A stretch of DNA of 64,000 nucleotides from an uncultured Bacteroidota bacterium (GCA_963700635.1 CAVOYH010000002.1:96001-160000); one strand, 5' to 3'; shown: positions 31,492-43,175, counted from the stretch's first letter. The notes: generated by a model not told the origin, from the sequence alone. Made by a program: numbers and translations.

Positions 31492-32751
31492 ATGACATCT
31501 CCAGAGACCAGAGCTGCGTCTACATTTACTCCCTCCGACGGCGAGGCAAAAAAACCGGTTGATCTCTTTCAGAAATGCAAAGCGTTTACACGTGCCGACG
31601 AGATTAAAGCTGCCGGATTCTATCCGTATTTTCATTCCATCGAAGAAAATGAAGGTCCTGTAGTGACTATCGAGGGGCGCAAGGTCATCATGGCCGGTTC
31701 GAACAACTATCACGGCCTCACTGCAGACCACAGGGTCAAAGAGGCCGCGATCAAGGCCGTGGAAAAATACGGTTCCGGCTGTTCCGGATCACGATATCTG
31801 ACCGGGACGCTGGATTTGCACATTGAACTCGAAAAGCGGATAGCACAATTTTTCGGGCGGGAAGACTGCCTTCTGTACAGCACCGGTTACCAGACCGCGC
31901 AGGGTATTATTCCGACTCTCGTGCAAAAAGGAGAGTACGTTGTTTCCGACAAGGACAACCATGCCTGCATCGTGGCCGCTAACCTCATGGCGAAGGGGGC
32001 GTTCGCGGAGTTTGTGCGGTACAAACATAACGACATGGATGATCTTGAGCGGGTGATCAGCAAGCTGCCCGCAGAAGCGGGAAAGCTGGTTGTCTCCGAT
32101 GGGGTCTTTAGCACGACCGGCACCATCGTGGAGTTGCCCCGGCTTGTAGCAGCGGCGCGCAGGCACAATGCCCGTGTCCTGATTGATGATGCCCATGCGA
32201 CAGGGGTGATTGGCAAGGGAGGGCGCGGGACCGCGAGCCATTTCGGCCTCGAACAGGAAGTGGATATGACGATGGGAACTTTCTCCAAGACGTTTTCGTC
32301 TCTGGGCGGGTTTGTCGTCGGCGATGCTGTCGTGATCAACTATCTGAAGCATCATGCCCCTGCTTTGATTTTTTCGGCGAGTCCGACTCCCGCCGCAGTG
32401 GCCGCTGCGCTTGCGGCGCTGGATATCATGGAAAAGGAGCCGGAACGTATGGATCGCCTGATCCGGAATGCCGACAAGATGAGGAAAGGGTTCAAGGCGC
32501 TGGGATTCCGCGTTCTCGATTCGCAGACCGCGATCGTCCCGGTCATCATCGGTGAGGACATGCCCACGTTCGTTTTCTGGCGTGAACTTTTTGAGGCAGG
32601 CGTGTTCGTCAATGCATTCGTAAGTCCGGGTGTTCCTCCGGGCATGGCCATGTTACGCACAAGCTATATGGCAACCCACGAGGACCATCATCTGGACACG
32701 ATTCTGGAGACGTTTGCCGTGATCGGAAAGAAACTCGGCATCATCCGATGA
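31492..32751 (+). CDS. spt: Alpha-oxoamine synthase, probable serine palmitoyltransferase
   Basis: [33 protein letters not shown]; adjacent bCerS-like gene. Confidence 0.75.
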   Translation: MTSPETRAASTFTPSDGEAKKPVDLFQKCKAFTRADEIKAAGFYPYFHSIEENEGPVVTIEGRKVIMAGSNNYHGLTADHRVKEAAIKAVEKYGSGCSGSRYLTGTLDLHIELEKRIAQFFGREDCLLYSTGYQTAQGIIPTLVQKGEYVVSDKDNHACIVAANLMAKGAFAEFVRYKHNDMDDLERVISKLPAEAGKLVVSDGVFSTTGTIVELPRLVAAARRHNARVLIDDAHATGVIGKGGRGTASHFGLEQEVDMTMGTFSKTFSSLGGFVVGDAVVINYLKHHAPALIFSASPTPAAVAAALAALDIMEKEPERMDRLIRNADKMRKGFKALGFRVLDSQTAIVPVIIGEDMPTFVFWRELFEAGVFVNAFVSPGVPPGMAMLRTSYMATHEDHHLDTILETFAVIGKKLGIIR

Positions 32752-32855
32752 GCATCACCCCCGGGCAGAGAGCCGTCCGGAATCCGACGTAACCCAAACA
32801 ACCCGCCGTCCCCGGTTGTGATCTCCCGTTCCCGAACCTGAGAGGCCCTACGCAT

Positions 32856-33974
32856 ATGAGCTCTGTAACCGTCCGCGTCGTCCGCACGAAACGCGACGTG
32901 AAGACGTTCATCAAGTTTCAATGGAAACCGTATGAGGGAAATCCATACTGGGTGCCGCCTTTGTTAATGGATCGGCGCAAGCTGATGGATCGGGAGTCGA
33001 ACCCATTCTACAAGCATGCTGATGCGGAATTTTTTCTTGCCGAACGGGATGGTGAAGTGGTGGGACGGATCGGTGCCATCATCAATCATAACCACAACCG
33101 GGAGCACGATGAGAATATCGGGTTCTTCGGTTTTTTTGAATGTTTTGACGATCAGGCGATTGCCGACGCACTTTTTGACACCGTGAAGTCGTGGCTGCGC
33201 GCCCGGGGCGTCACAGCTGTACGCGGACCCGCAAGTCCCTCCGTGAACGATGAGTACGGTATGCTGGTCGAGGGTTTTGACCGGACTCCGACCATCCTGA
33301 TGGCGTACAACCCGCCCTACTACCCGAAACTGGTTGAGGCGTATGGATTTGTGAAAGCCAAAGATCTGTATTCCTGGCATCTGCACAAGGACAAGGTGTT
33401 TACGGAAAAGCTGGTGCGGGTGTCTGAAGCCGCGAAGCAGAGGCAGGGGCTCGTATTCCGGACGATCAACATGAAGGATTTTGACAACGAAGTCAAAAAG
33501 ATACAGGAGATCTATTCGCGAGGCTGGACGCGGAACTGGGGTGAAGTGCCGCTCACCGATGAAGAGTTCGCGTGTATGGCGCGGGATCTCAAACCGATCG
33601 TCAACCCGGCCTTTCTTATTATCGCCGAATCAAAAGGCAAAGCCGTGGGTTTCGGGCTGACGCTGCCCGATTACAATATTATCCTCAAGAAGAACAAACG
33701 GGGATGGCTCATCCCCGCGATGATCAGAATGCTGCTTTTCAAGAAGAAGATTGATAACTCCCGGATCATAATCCTGGGCGTGTTGCCCGAATACCTGAAT
33801 TCCGGTATCGGCGGAATACTTTTCTATGAAACCGCCAAGCGTGTCACCGATACCGGTATCAACAGAGGGGAAGCAAGCTGGGTACTTGAAGACAACGTGA
33901 TGATGAACCGGGGCGCACAGCTTATGAACGGTGAACTGATCAAGAAACACCGTCTCTATCAACTCCCGATCTAA
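32856..33974 (+). CDS. GNAT-fold protein of the bacterial ceramide synthase (bCerS/YghO-like) family
   Basis: FIKFQWKPYEGNPYWVPPL, GFFGFFEC, RGPASPS, YNPPYY, NWGEVP, WVLEDN. Confidence 0.75.
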   Translation: MSSVTVRVVRTKRDVKTFIKFQWKPYEGNPYWVPPLLMDRRKLMDRESNPFYKHADAEFFLAERDGEVVGRIGAIINHNHNREHDENIGFFGFFECFDDQAIADALFDTVKSWLRARGVTAVRGPASPSVNDEYGMLVEGFDRTPTILMAYNPPYYPKLVEAYGFVKAKDLYSWHLHKDKVFTEKLVRVSEAAKQRQGLVFRTINMKDFDNEVKKIQEIYSRGWTRNWGEVPLTDEEFACMARDLKPIVNPAFLIIAESKGKAVGFGLTLPDYNIILKKNKRGWLIPAMIRMLLFKKKIDNSRIIILGVLPEYLNSGIGGILFYETAKRVTDTGINRGEASWVLEDNVMMNRGAQLMNGELIKKHRLYQLPI

Positions 33975-33997
33975 CCCAACCCCAGAACGAGGTCCGT

Positions 33998-34924
33998 ATG
34001 CCGGTCAAGAAGGTAGAAAAAATCTGGATGAACGGTACGCTGGTAAACTGGGATGATGCGAAGATCCACGTGCTCTCCCACGTCGTCCATTACGGCACAA
34101 GCTGGTTCGAAGGAATCCGGTGTTATGATACTGCGAAGGGCCCTGCGATCTTCCGGCTTGACAAGCACATCCGCCGTCTTTTTGATTCTCTGAAGATTTA
34201 CCGCACACCGCTCAACTATAACGAGGCACAGGTCGAAACAGCGATTCTTGAAACCATCCGGGCAAACAAGATGCGCGCCTGTTATATCCGTCCGGTCGCG
34301 TATCGTGGCTACGGTGATGTCGGGGTGAATCCGCTGGGATGCCCGGTTGATCTGACGGTGGGCGTCTGGGAGTGGGGAACCTATCTGGGTCCCGAGGCGC
34401 TTGCGAACGGGATTGATGTGTGTATTTCTTCCTGGAACCGCCCGGCGCCGAATACGTTGCCGACGATGGCAAAGGCGGGTGGAAACTATATCCTCTCGCA
34501 GATGATGAAACTCGAAGCTGTGCAGGCTGGATTTGTCGAGGCGATTGCGCTGGATGTCCAGGGGAACCTCAGCGAAGGAAGCGGGGAGAACCTCTTCCTC
34601 GTGTACGATGGAGTTCTGTTTACGCCGCCCCTGTCTTCCTCGCTCCTCCCCGGCATCACGCGTATGTCTGTTATTGAGCTCGCCCGCGAGATGGGGTTTG
34701 AGGTGAGGGAAAGCGTGGTGCCCCGGGAACTGGTGTACATCGCCGATGAAATGTTTTTCACCGGAACAGCGGCGGAAATCACGCCGATCCGGTCAGTCGA
34801 CCGTGCCACCGTGGGGAACGGCAAGCCCGGTCCGAAAACCGTTGCTTTACAGAAGGCATTTTTTGATATTGTAAAGAACGCCAATGATCCTCATCACTGG
34901 CTGAAGTTCGTGTACAACACCTGA
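33998..34924 (+). CDS. ilvE: Branched-chain amino acid aminotransferase
   Basis: HYGTSWFEGIRCY, AKAGGNY, EGSGEN, LPGITR, TGTAAEI. Confidence 0.96.
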   Translation: MPVKKVEKIWMNGTLVNWDDAKIHVLSHVVHYGTSWFEGIRCYDTAKGPAIFRLDKHIRRLFDSLKIYRTPLNYNEAQVETAILETIRANKMRACYIRPVAYRGYGDVGVNPLGCPVDLTVGVWEWGTYLGPEALANGIDVCISSWNRPAPNTLPTMAKAGGNYILSQMMKLEAVQAGFVEAIALDVQGNLSEGSGENLFLVYDGVLFTPPLSSSLLPGITRMSVIELAREMGFEVRESVVPRELVYIADEMFFTGTAAEITPIRSVDRATVGNGKPGPKTVALQKAFFDIVKNANDPHHWLKFVYNT

Positions 34925-34952
34925 TCGTCCTCACAAACGCGGGAGGTGTGCG

Positions 34953-35504
34953 ATGAAGGCTTCACCGCGAAAACCAGCAAAACGACGCACAGTATCGCGA
35001 CCGAAGAAAAAGGTCACTCAACGTCGGCCAACTCGTGTCCCTCGTTCCCCTGCAAGCGCTCTGGGAATCCGTTCCATCCTTGTGCCAATCGATTTTTCGG
35101 TCCATTCCAAAAATGCGCTCAAGTATGCGGTTCCGATGGCCAGACAGTTCGGTGCCTCGCTCCACCTGATTTACGTAGTGGAGCCGACGATTTATCCGGC
35201 AGACCTTGGATTCGGGCAGGTGGTGTTGCCCGGCGTAGAAGAAGAATTGCGGCAGAAGGGTGCAAAAGAACTGCAGGTGCTCATTGAACGGGAAATAGGC
35301 AACAGGGTCCGTGCCACATCATCAGTGCGGACGGGAAATCCGCATCATGAGATCCTGAACGAAGCCGAGGATTTGGATATCGATCTTATTATCGTGGCCA
35401 CACACGGCCATACGGGGGTCGAACATATGATCTTCGGGAGCACCGCCGATCGGCTGGTACGGCATGCGCGATGCCCGGTCCTGACGATCCGCCCTGCCGA
35501 CTGA
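34953..35504 (+). CDS. Universal stress protein with basic N-terminal extension
   Basis: ILVPIDFS, DLIIVATHG..GSTADRLVRHARCPVL. Confidence 0.92.
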   Translation: MKASPRKPAKRRTVSRPKKKVTQRRPTRVPRSPASALGIRSILVPIDFSVHSKNALKYAVPMARQFGASLHLIYVVEPTIYPADLGFGQVVLPGVEEELRQKGAKELQVLIEREIGNRVRATSSVRTGNPHHEILNEAEDLDIDLIIVATHGHTGVEHMIFGSTADRLVRHARCPVLTIRPAD

Positions 35505-35527
35505 CTCAAAGAGCGAGCAGCGAGGTG

Positions 35528-36499
35528 TTACTTTTCCCGGTCCACCACAAAGTCTGCAAACGCGATCAGCGATCGGCGTGACGGCGAATCAGGAAAGGTA
35601 GCCAGGCGCTGTTGTGCCGATCGCGAGAATTCCCTGGCACGCTCCGTGGCATAGGTAATCCCACCAAACCGTTCCACAAACGCTACGATCTGACGTACGT
35701 TTACTTTTTTTCCTCCCGACCGGATCATTCCCAGAATCTCCTTACGTTCAGCCGCCGGGGCCTGTGCCAGCGCGTGAACGAGAGGGAGAGTAAGTTTCTT
35801 CTCCGACATGTCAAGACCGGTCGGTTTTCCCGTGATACTTTTCCTCCCGGTATAGTCCAGGATATCGTCACGGATCTGAAAAGCAAGACCGACATCTTCG
35901 CCGTATTCCCTCAGGAGACGGTGATAGTCCGGGTTGTCGGAAGTGCTGACCGCCCCGATCTCACAGCATGTGGAGAGCAGGGACGCGGTCTTGTCGCCAA
36001 TAATCCGGAGATAGGCAGGTTCATCCATGTCCAGTTTCCTGCTCCGGTGAATCTGATGAAGTTCCCCTTCACTCATTCGGCGAACCGCCGTGGAAGTGAT
36101 TTTCAGAAACGCGAAGTCGTTGTGCTCCAGCGAAAGCAGCAGACCCCGGGAGAGGAGGTAGTCACCCATAAGAACCGCGATCTTGTTCTTCCAGACCGCA
36201 TTAATCGATGCCAGTCCGCGGCGTGTGTCGGCATTGTCGACGACATCATCGTGGACCAGTGTCGCCGTATGGAGTATCTCGACAAGCGTCGCACCCCGGT
36301 AACTTTTTTCATTCACGGTACCGCACACATCGGCGCTTAACAGCACAAGGATCGGACGAACCTTCTTTCCTTTCTGTCGGACGATGTACTTTGTGATGAG
36401 TTCCAGAAGTCCCACTTTGGAGCGGAGGGCTTCACGGAAGACGCGGTCAAACACAGGCACGTGGTGCTGAATGGGGAGAGCAATGTCGTGGAGGTTCAC
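35528..36499 (-). CDS. Polyprenyl diphosphate synthase
   Basis: GKKVRP, HDDVVD..RRG, KTA, FQIRDDILD. Confidence 0.94.
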   Translation of the reverse strand: MNLHDIALPIQHHVPVFDRVFREALRSKVGLLELITKYIVRQKGKKVRPILVLLSADVCGTVNEKSYRGATLVEILHTATLVHDDVVDNADTRRGLASINAVWKNKIAVLMGDYLLSRGLLLSLEHNDFAFLKITSTAVRRMSEGELHQIHRSRKLDMDEPAYLRIIGDKTASLLSTCCEIGAVSTSDNPDYHRLLREYGEDVGLAFQIRDDILDYTGRKSITGKPTGLDMSEKKLTLPLVHALAQAPAAERKEILGMIRSGGKKVNVRQIVAFVERFGGITYATERAREFSRSAQQRLATFPDSPSRRSLIAFADFVVDREK

Positions 36500-36528
36500 T
36501 GCGTACCTATGCTCGGGATAACAATGCG

Positions 36529-37323
36529 TTATGATGCCAGCTCGGCATCCCTCTTCCGTGTTGCCCAGGCCGAGATGAAAATACTGACCTCGTACAGCAC
36601 CAGAAGCGGAACCGCCAGCAGGATCTGACTTACCGGATCCGTTCCGGGTGTCAGGAACGCGGCAAGGATAAAAATCGCCACGATGGCGTGGCGCCGGTAC
36701 TTGCGCATAAACCGGGGAGTAAGAATGCCGAGTTTCGAGAGAAACCAGGATACCATGGGGAGTTCGAAGACGACGCCCGCGGCCAGCATCACGCTGATAA
36801 TAAAGCTCATATATTCGGTTATGGCGATATTGTTTTCGATCGTACTGCTGCCGAACGTCGAAAAGAACCCGAGCGAAGCGGGCAGCATCACAAAATAGGC
36901 AAATGCCACGCCGCCGAGAAAACAGACCGAGGAAAATGCCACGATCGCCCGGATGTGATTACGCTCTTTGGCAAGAAGTCCCGGTGAGATAAATGCCCAG
37001 ATCTGATACAGAATATTCGGGAGACTGAGGATTGCCCCTCCGATGATGGCAACCTGCATGTAAAGAAAAAGCTGTCCGAATGGCTTGAGATTTTGCAGGC
37101 GGATAGGCGGCTGGCCGGGAAGAAGTTTTTCGTTCACCTCCACAATCGGCCGCAGCATGACGGTATCCATGATCCAGTCGATAAACACCCAGCAAATGAT
37201 CATGCCGAGCACGATGCCGATAATCGCTTTGATAAGGCGCCAGCGAAGTTCCTCGAGGTGATCGAGAAACGACATCTCTTGTGATGTCTCCTGATCCATT
37301 CCGCTGTCCGGTTTTTCCGCCAA
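36529..37323 (-). CDS. tatC: Twin-arginine translocase subunit TatC
   Basis: MSFLDHLEELRWRL, FISPGL, FELP, AAFLTP..D. Confidence 0.96.
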   Translation of the reverse strand: MAEKPDSGMDQETSQEMSFLDHLEELRWRLIKAIIGIVLGMIICWVFIDWIMDTVMLRPIVEVNEKLLPGQPPIRLQNLKPFGQLFLYMQVAIIGGAILSLPNILYQIWAFISPGLLAKERNHIRAIVAFSSVCFLGGVAFAYFVMLPASLGFFSTFGSSTIENNIAITEYMSFIISVMLAAGVVFELPMVSWFLSKLGILTPRFMRKYRRHAIVAIFILAAFLTPGTDPVSQILLAVPLLVLYEVSIFISAWATRKRDAELAS

Positions 37324-37346
37324 GGCTATTGTCCGTTATGCTTCGG

Positions 37347-38645
37347 TTAGACCTGCAGTTCGGGGTAAAGGGGGAATTTCCGACAGAGCTGCTCCACGTC
37401 AGAACTTACGCTTGCGTACACCTTTTTGTCGCCCATGTGTGTGAGCACCCGGTCGATAAGGCCTGCAACCTGCTCCATTTCAGCTTCCCGCATCTTTCGT
37501 GTCGTCAGTGCCGGCGTCCCGATCCGAATACCGCTGGTAATGAGGGGACTTTTATCATCGAACGGGACGGCGTTTTTGTTGACGGTAATGCCTGATTCGT
37601 CGAGCGCCTCCTGAGCGTCTTTTCCCGTAAGACCCCTGTTCCGCAGATCGATAAGCATCAGGTGGTTGTCGGTGCCTGAAGAAACGATGTTGTATCCGCG
37701 GGCAAGCAGTCCGGCCGCAAGCGTCTGTGCATTGCTGATCACCTGGCGTGCATAGGTTTCAAAGTCTGGTTGCTGGGCCTCCCGGAACGCCACAGCTTTT
37801 CCAGCAATCACGTGCATCAGCGGCCCACCCTGGATGCCGGGAATGACCATGGAATCCAACAGTTCCGACATCCTCTTTGTACGTCCCGATTTTGGTGCAA
37901 CCAGGCCGAAGGGGTTGTCAAAATCTTTCCCCATCAGAATGAGGCCGCCACGTGGACCCCGCAGGGTCTTGTGCGTCGTTGAAGTAACCACATGGCAGTA
38001 GGGAAGAGGGTCGTTGAGAAGCCGGCGGGCGATCAGTCCGGCCGGGTGTGCTATGTCTGCGAACAGAAACGCGCCAACCCTGTCGGCGATTTCGCGAAAC
38101 CGCTTATAGTCGATATTCCGGGAGTACGCGCTTGCGCCAACCGTGATCATTTTCGGGCGTTCTTTTTTTGCAAGCCGCTCAACGTCATTAAAGTCTATCC
38201 GCCCTGTTTCGCGATCTATACCATACGGAACAAACCGGTAAAACTGCCCTGAAAAATTAACGGGAGAACCGTGCGTGAGATGTCCTCCGTGCGAGAGATC
38301 CATGCCCATGAGGGTGTCGCCGGGTTTTACGAAGGTGAAGTACACCGCCATGTTTGCCTGTGAACCCGAATGGGGTTGGACGTTGGCGTACTCCGCACCA
38401 AAAAGTTCCTTGACACGGTCACGCGCAAGATCCTCCACGACGTCGACATATTCACACCCGCCATAGTAACGCTTTCCGGGATACCCCTCGGCGTATTTGT
38501 TTGTGAGCGGGGAGCCAACGGCTTCGAGGACGGCCAGACTCACAAAATTTTCCGAGGCGATCAGTTCGAGTTTTGTATTTTGCCGGCTGATTTCGTTGCG
38601 TGTGGCGGCGCTCACCTCCGGATCCTGCATGTGCAAGGCGTTCAT
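37347..38645 (-). CDS. glyA: Serine hydroxymethyltransferase
   Basis: [33 protein letters not shown]. Confidence 0.98.
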   Translation of the reverse strand: MNALHMQDPEVSAATRNEISRQNTKLELIASENFVSLAVLEAVGSPLTNKYAEGYPGKRYYGGCEYVDVVEDLARDRVKELFGAEYANVQPHSGSQANMAVYFTFVKPGDTLMGMDLSHGGHLTHGSPVNFSGQFYRFVPYGIDRETGRIDFNDVERLAKKERPKMITVGASAYSRNIDYKRFREIADRVGAFLFADIAHPAGLIARRLLNDPLPYCHVVTSTTHKTLRGPRGGLILMGKDFDNPFGLVAPKSGRTKRMSELLDSMVIPGIQGGPLMHVIAGKAVAFREAQQPDFETYARQVISNAQTLAAGLLARGYNIVSSGTDNHLMLIDLRNRGLTGKDAQEALDESGITVNKNAVPFDDKSPLITSGIRIGTPALTTRKMREAEMEQVAGLIDRVLTHMGDKKVYASVSSDVEQLCRKFPLYPELQV

Positions 38646-38646
38646 A

Positions 38647-39909
38647 TCAGTCCTCCTCAAATCGGGAAAACCAGAGTTCGCTGATCGTGATCGATGCCGA
38701 GAAACGGATGATGTTGTCTTTGATCAGATTCTTCTCGGTTGTTCCGCGACTGCCATACTCGAGAGCCAGGTTCAGCCGTGTGTCCGCACTGACGGGAATG
38801 CCCAGTCCTGCCGTCACGGCCCAGGCGTTTACGGGTTCGCCCTTGGGGGCGTAGTACGTCGCGTGATACATTGCACCAAATCGGTAGGCGATGCGGTCAA
38901 GAAGGGGCTGCCCCGCTTCGCGGGCGGGAACGCGCTCGAACCCGACACCCACCATGGTCGAATTACGGATGCCGTCAAAGGATTTTCCCCGGTACTCCGA
39001 TGAGGCCCACGCCTGGGTGGTGATATCCGCGGCGATCAGAATACGTTCGGAGGGCCGGTACGTGAGGCCGAATCCCAGTGCCGCGGGGAAGACCAGAGTG
39101 CCCCCGGTTTCGTCCGTCGTATCCCTCAGGTCCGTGAACAGGTATGTATAGCGGTGGGTGGACGAGAGGGTGGAGCGGGTTGTAAGGGAAATACCGAATG
39201 AGAAGGGTGCGAGGAACGGCGTCACACCGCCGAGGCTGTCCAGCACCGCACTGAACGTAAAGGCAGTTCCGTTCATTGTTGTCTCTTCGTTCTGCGTTCC
39301 TCCTGCATAGCCCGTTGCGTGCGGGATGATCTCGCTTGCTTTTTCAAGCGTGCCGAAGAGGTAGTTAAAGCCGACACCAAGCGCGAGAGAGCGTGATGGT
39401 GTGTAGGAAATGCCGATCAGACCCTTGCTGACACCTCCGCGGCCTGTATGGTTGATACTGTACGCCATCGTGTCCGTCGGGCCAGTATATGTGTTTGCCG
39501 TGAACGTGTTGTAGTCCACTTTACTGTACGGCGTGAAGCCGGCACCGACGACGATACCGTTGGCTGGTGAGACCGGTATCGCCAGCATCGCGCCGGAAAA
39601 ATCCGCCCGGGCCAGAAACCGCGACGTGGATGTATTGCTCGAATTGAGCCCTTCATACAGCAGACTTCCCTCGATGCGAGCGCGGTCGATCCGGGACCAG
39701 GTTGCCGGAGAGAGTGTATTAATGTAGTGCGGGCCGGAGATTGCATAACCTGTATAGCCCATCCCTGCCGCGCGGACATTCGGGGCGAGGCGAAGATCAC
39801 CGATGCCCAGCACGGAATAGATTGACGCTCCGCTTCCTGCGAGAACGGAAGTGGCAGGAAGGAGCAGTGGAACGATCAGCAGAATAACAAAAAACCTTCT
39901 CACGCTCAC
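38647..39909 (-). CDS. FadL/OmpP1-like outer membrane protein
   Basis: [17 protein letters not shown] plug, EYGSRGT..LIKDN, ELWF terminus. Confidence 0.75.
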   Translation of the reverse strand: MSVRRFFVILLIVPLLLPATSVLAGSGASIYSVLGIGDLRLAPNVRAAGMGYTGYAISGPHYINTLSPATWSRIDRARIEGSLLYEGLNSSNTSTSRFLARADFSGAMLAIPVSPANGIVVGAGFTPYSKVDYNTFTANTYTGPTDTMAYSINHTGRGGVSKGLIGISYTPSRSLALGVGFNYLFGTLEKASEIIPHATGYAGGTQNEETTMNGTAFTFSAVLDSLGGVTPFLAPFSFGISLTTRSTLSSTHRYTYLFTDLRDTTDETGGTLVFPAALGFGLTYRPSERILIAADITTQAWASSEYRGKSFDGIRNSTMVGVGFERVPAREAGQPLLDRIAYRFGAMYHATYYAPKGEPVNAWAVTAGLGIPVSADTRLNLALEYGSRGTTEKNLIKDNIIRFSASITISELWFSRFEED

Positions 39910-39917
39910 CTCACCGG

Positions 39918-41114
39918 TCAGTTTTGTGGAATGGAATACAGTATACGGACGCGCGGACGCTGCGCGGCGTTAGCAGCGCTGGTATTGTAAAACGTCAGGA
40001 GATCAAAACTCCGGAATTCCTGCTCGCCGGCCACACGAAGGAGCAGGCCATAATTCGGTCCGCGAACCCATGACTGTACAACGTTACGTACGTCGGCCGA
40101 ATAGGTGTCGGGTGTACCGGATTTGAGCGACCCGGTTGTTGATCCCGATTGGAACGATCCTTTGATCGAGTCCTCGAGTAAGAGATGCGCACTCAGACTT
40201 GCATCCCCTGAAAATCTGTTTAGCCGGCTGGTGAGAGGATCACGCTGCAGCGTCAACTCAGCCAGGTGGATAGCGGACCCTTTGGGGATAAAGCTCACAT
40301 CGAAGCGCAGGGCACTCCGGTAAACGATCCCGGCCTGAAGATAGAGGAGATCCGGCCGGCTGATAAGGCTTTCGTTGTTGCCGAAGAAGGTGTCGATCCC
40401 GAGCGCGAATGAAGAAGTGTCACGGACCGTGCCTGAGGCATTACTGGCGATGATCTCCAGAGTGGGCACGTCCTTAGTGGAATCTGCCTCGAATGAATAA
40501 AAACCCCGTACAACGTTCGTGCCTGCCGTAGGGACGAGGACAATGCCGAATTTTGTGTCCGTGTTGTCTGTGCCGGATGTGCGCAGCCATTCACGGACCA
40601 TGGCGGTGTCAAGCTGGACTACGATGCGCATAGAATCGGCACCAACAGCACCGCTGAATGTCCCGCGGATGGGGGAGGGATCGTAAAAGCCGGTTTGTAC
40701 TGTGTCCCACGTCGCCGCACCGGAAGTCCATGACCGGTTAATCCGGTGAACGGTGAATCCGAACGGCGCGATAGAATCACCGAAGAACGAAGCAGCCCGC
40801 AGAGAGAGCCGGGCTTCCATCACATTGACGGTATCGCGGATCGGGAAGTAGTTGGAGTAAAACGCAAGAGCTGTGATTGCGGTGTAGTTACCCGATCGGC
40901 CGACAAGATTGATGTTGCTGTTCATCGGATAATACTGACTGAAGGGGGTGCCGCTCACGGCGGTGATGGTAGTTTCCTGGACCGCTACACCCAGGAAGGG
41001 GAGGGGCGCCAGCAATGCGTTGTCTTCTGTTGGATCCTCGCTGCACGATACAAGGAGTGCTGCAAGGATCAAGGGCAGCCACCGTTTTTTCCCGTCAAGC
41101 ATGATAATGGACAT
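39918..41114 (-). CDS. DUF4270-like lipoprotein
   Basis: Lipobox LVSC; two beta domains ending in (N/K)(Y/F)G.L...P.L.I; glgA neighbourhood. Confidence 0.6.
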   Translation of the reverse strand: MSIIMLDGKKRWLPLILAALLVSCSEDPTEDNALLAPLPFLGVAVQETTITAVSGTPFSQYYPMNSNINLVGRSGNYTAITALAFYSNYFPIRDTVNVMEARLSLRAASFFGDSIAPFGFTVHRINRSWTSGAATWDTVQTGFYDPSPIRGTFSGAVGADSMRIVVQLDTAMVREWLRTSGTDNTDTKFGIVLVPTAGTNVVRGFYSFEADSTKDVPTLEIIASNASGTVRDTSSFALGIDTFFGNNESLISRPDLLYLQAGIVYRSALRFDVSFIPKGSAIHLAELTLQRDPLTSRLNRFSGDASLSAHLLLEDSIKGSFQSGSTTGSLKSGTPDTYSADVRNVVQSWVRGPNYGLLLRVAGEQEFRSFDLLTFYNTSAANAAQRPRVRILYSIPQN

Positions 41115-41694
41115 CTCCTTCGGACTGTTGCAGGATGAATTCCACAGCTTCGACGACGGACGGCCTCACGGCGTCCGGCGTGAGGCCGGTTGATTGGCAC
41201 TCCTGGAGTGCCGATGGGCCGTACCCGGTGAGCACGAGCACAGTGCGTGCGCCTGCCGCGAGACCGGCCTTCATATCCGCCACTTTATCCCCCACGACAA
41301 ATGCCCGGCGGGGGTTCACCGGAAAATCCTCCATCGCCCGGCGGAGCATGCCGGTCTGCGGTTTGCGGCATTCGCAGCTCATCGTGTACGGCGATTTGCC
41401 AATGGTCGGGTGGTGGGGGCAATAGTAAATCCTGTCGAGGCGGGCGTGGTCACGGGCCAGCTCAGTCTCCAGGCGCTGATGGATCGGAACAAGGTCCGCT
41501 TCGCTGAAGAGTTCGCGTGCGACACCGGACTGATTCGAAACCACAAAAACAAGAAAGTCGCGCTCGTTCAGGGCACGGATCGCCTTTCCGGCGCCGGGGA
41601 TCATCTGGAGGCCCGCGGCATTCCGCAGGTACCCCACATCTTCGATCAACGTTCCGTCTCTGTCAAAGAAGACGGCAGCACGTCCATCCCTCAC
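41095..41694 (-). CDS. gmhB: D-glycero-D-manno-heptose 1,7-bisphosphate phosphatase (HAD)
   Basis: FDRDGT, SNQSG, CPHHP, CECRKP, VGDK; GTG start overlaps the glgA stop. Confidence 0.88.
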   Translation of the reverse strand: MRDGRAAVFFDRDGTLIEDVGYLRNAAGLQMIPGAGKAIRALNERDFLVFVVSNQSGVARELFSEADLVPIHQRLETELARDHARLDRIYYCPHHPTIGKSPYTMSCECRKPQTGMLRRAMEDFPVNPRRAFVVGDKVADMKAGLAAGARTVLVLTGYGPSALQECQSTGLTPDAVRPSVVEAVEFILQQSEGDVHYHA

Positions 41695-43175
41695 TTTCGT
41701 GCGAGGCTCCTGTACAGCTGAATATACTTGCGGGCCGATGCTTCCCACGAGAAGTCTTTGGCCATGCCGTTTTTTATGAGCTTGCGCCATGCGGCGCTGT
41801 CTGCGTAGAGTGCGACGGCACGCTGCACAGTCTTCAACAGCGCGCTCCCCTCGTATTCGGTAAATTTGAATCCGGTGCCGGTACCCGCCGCCGGGTGAAA
41901 CTCCTCAACCGTATCATCAAGTCCGCCTGTCGCCCGCACGACGGGTGCAGTGCCGTACCGCATGCTGTAGATCTGATTAAGGCCGCACGGCTCATAACGG
42001 GAGGGCATAAGAAACATGTCGCTTCCTGCTTCGATGAGGTGGGCCAGATTGTTGTCGAATGTCAACGAGATGCCGACCTGCTGAGGATATTTCCGGGCGG
42101 CCTTTTCAAAGAGCACATGATACTTCTTTTCCCCCGTTCCCAGTACAACCAGCTGGACCTGCAGCTTCATCAGGTCATCAAGAGTCTCCCCGATAAGATC
42201 AAACCCCTTCTGATCCGCAAGTCGGGAGATGATGCCGATCACCGGCGTACGTTCCTGAAACGGGAGTCCGACTTTTGTGAGCAGGGCTTTTTTGTTTTCC
42301 ACCTTCAAGTCGATGGACCGGGCATCATATCGTTGAGGGATCAGCGTATCCACAGCCGGATCCCATACGGTATAGTCGGCACCGTTGAGGATGCCGGTGA
42401 GATCATGTTTTCGTTTTTCGAGGACCCCCTGAAGCCCGCAACCGAGCTCATCGGAACTGCGGATTTCCTTGGCGTAGCGTTCGCTCACGGTCGTCAGGGC
42501 GTCCGCGTGGATCAGACCCGCCTTGAGGAAATTCAGACTTCCATGAGCCATCACCCCGTGCTCTGTATGTTGCTCTGCGGGGAGAAGGGTGTGTGCAAGT
42601 GAGGCACGGGGAAAGACTCCCTGATACGCCATGTTGTGAATCGTGAAGACGGTTTTCGTGTCCTTGTAGAAGGGGTCGTCCTTGTAAAGCGTCTTGAGGT
42701 AGGCCGGAACCAGCCCTGTGGGCCAATCGTTGCAGTGAATGATGTCCGGCTGCCATCCAAGCTTTTTGAGAACCTCGAGTACCCCGCGGTTGAAAAAGGT
42801 GAAGCGGACGTCGTTGTCCGGAAAGTCCTTGTTTGTGTCGGGGTGCACATACAGCCCCTGCCGGCCAAAAAGCGTCGGGTTGTCAAGGAGATAGGTCTGA
42901 ACCTTGATCTGAGCGTTCGTAAGGAATGAAGATTTGACATTGGCGGTGAAGTGGCGGGTTCCCACCGGGATCTCAATATCCTTCAGCCGGATCATGTCAT
43001 GAAGCCGTGCCTTGCGTTCGTTGATGCTTCCATACCGGGGGAGCATCACACGGATTTCGTGATCAAGCTGGCGGATAACCTGGGGGAGTGCGCTGGAGAC
43101 GTCGGCCAGACCACCCGTTTTTGCGAATGGTTCCACCTCACTGGAGATGAATAGGACGTTAAGAGGACGGGGCAT
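41691..43175 (-). CDS. glgA: Glycogen/starch synthase (GT5)
   Basis: KTGGLADV, HCNDW, TIHN, SRLADQKG, PSRYEPCGL. Confidence 0.95.
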   Translation of the reverse strand: MPRPLNVLFISSEVEPFAKTGGLADVSSALPQVIRQLDHEIRVMLPRYGSINERKARLHDMIRLKDIEIPVGTRHFTANVKSSFLTNAQIKVQTYLLDNPTLFGRQGLYVHPDTNKDFPDNDVRFTFFNRGVLEVLKKLGWQPDIIHCNDWPTGLVPAYLKTLYKDDPFYKDTKTVFTIHNMAYQGVFPRASLAHTLLPAEQHTEHGVMAHGSLNFLKAGLIHADALTTVSERYAKEIRSSDELGCGLQGVLEKRKHDLTGILNGADYTVWDPAVDTLIPQRYDARSIDLKVENKKALLTKVGLPFQERTPVIGIISRLADQKGFDLIGETLDDLMKLQVQLVVLGTGEKKYHVLFEKAARKYPQQVGISLTFDNNLAHLIEAGSDMFLMPSRYEPCGLNQIYSMRYGTAPVVRATGGLDDTVEEFHPAAGTGTGFKFTEYEGSALLKTVQRAVALYADSAAWRKLIKNGMAKDFSWEASARKYIQLYRSLARK

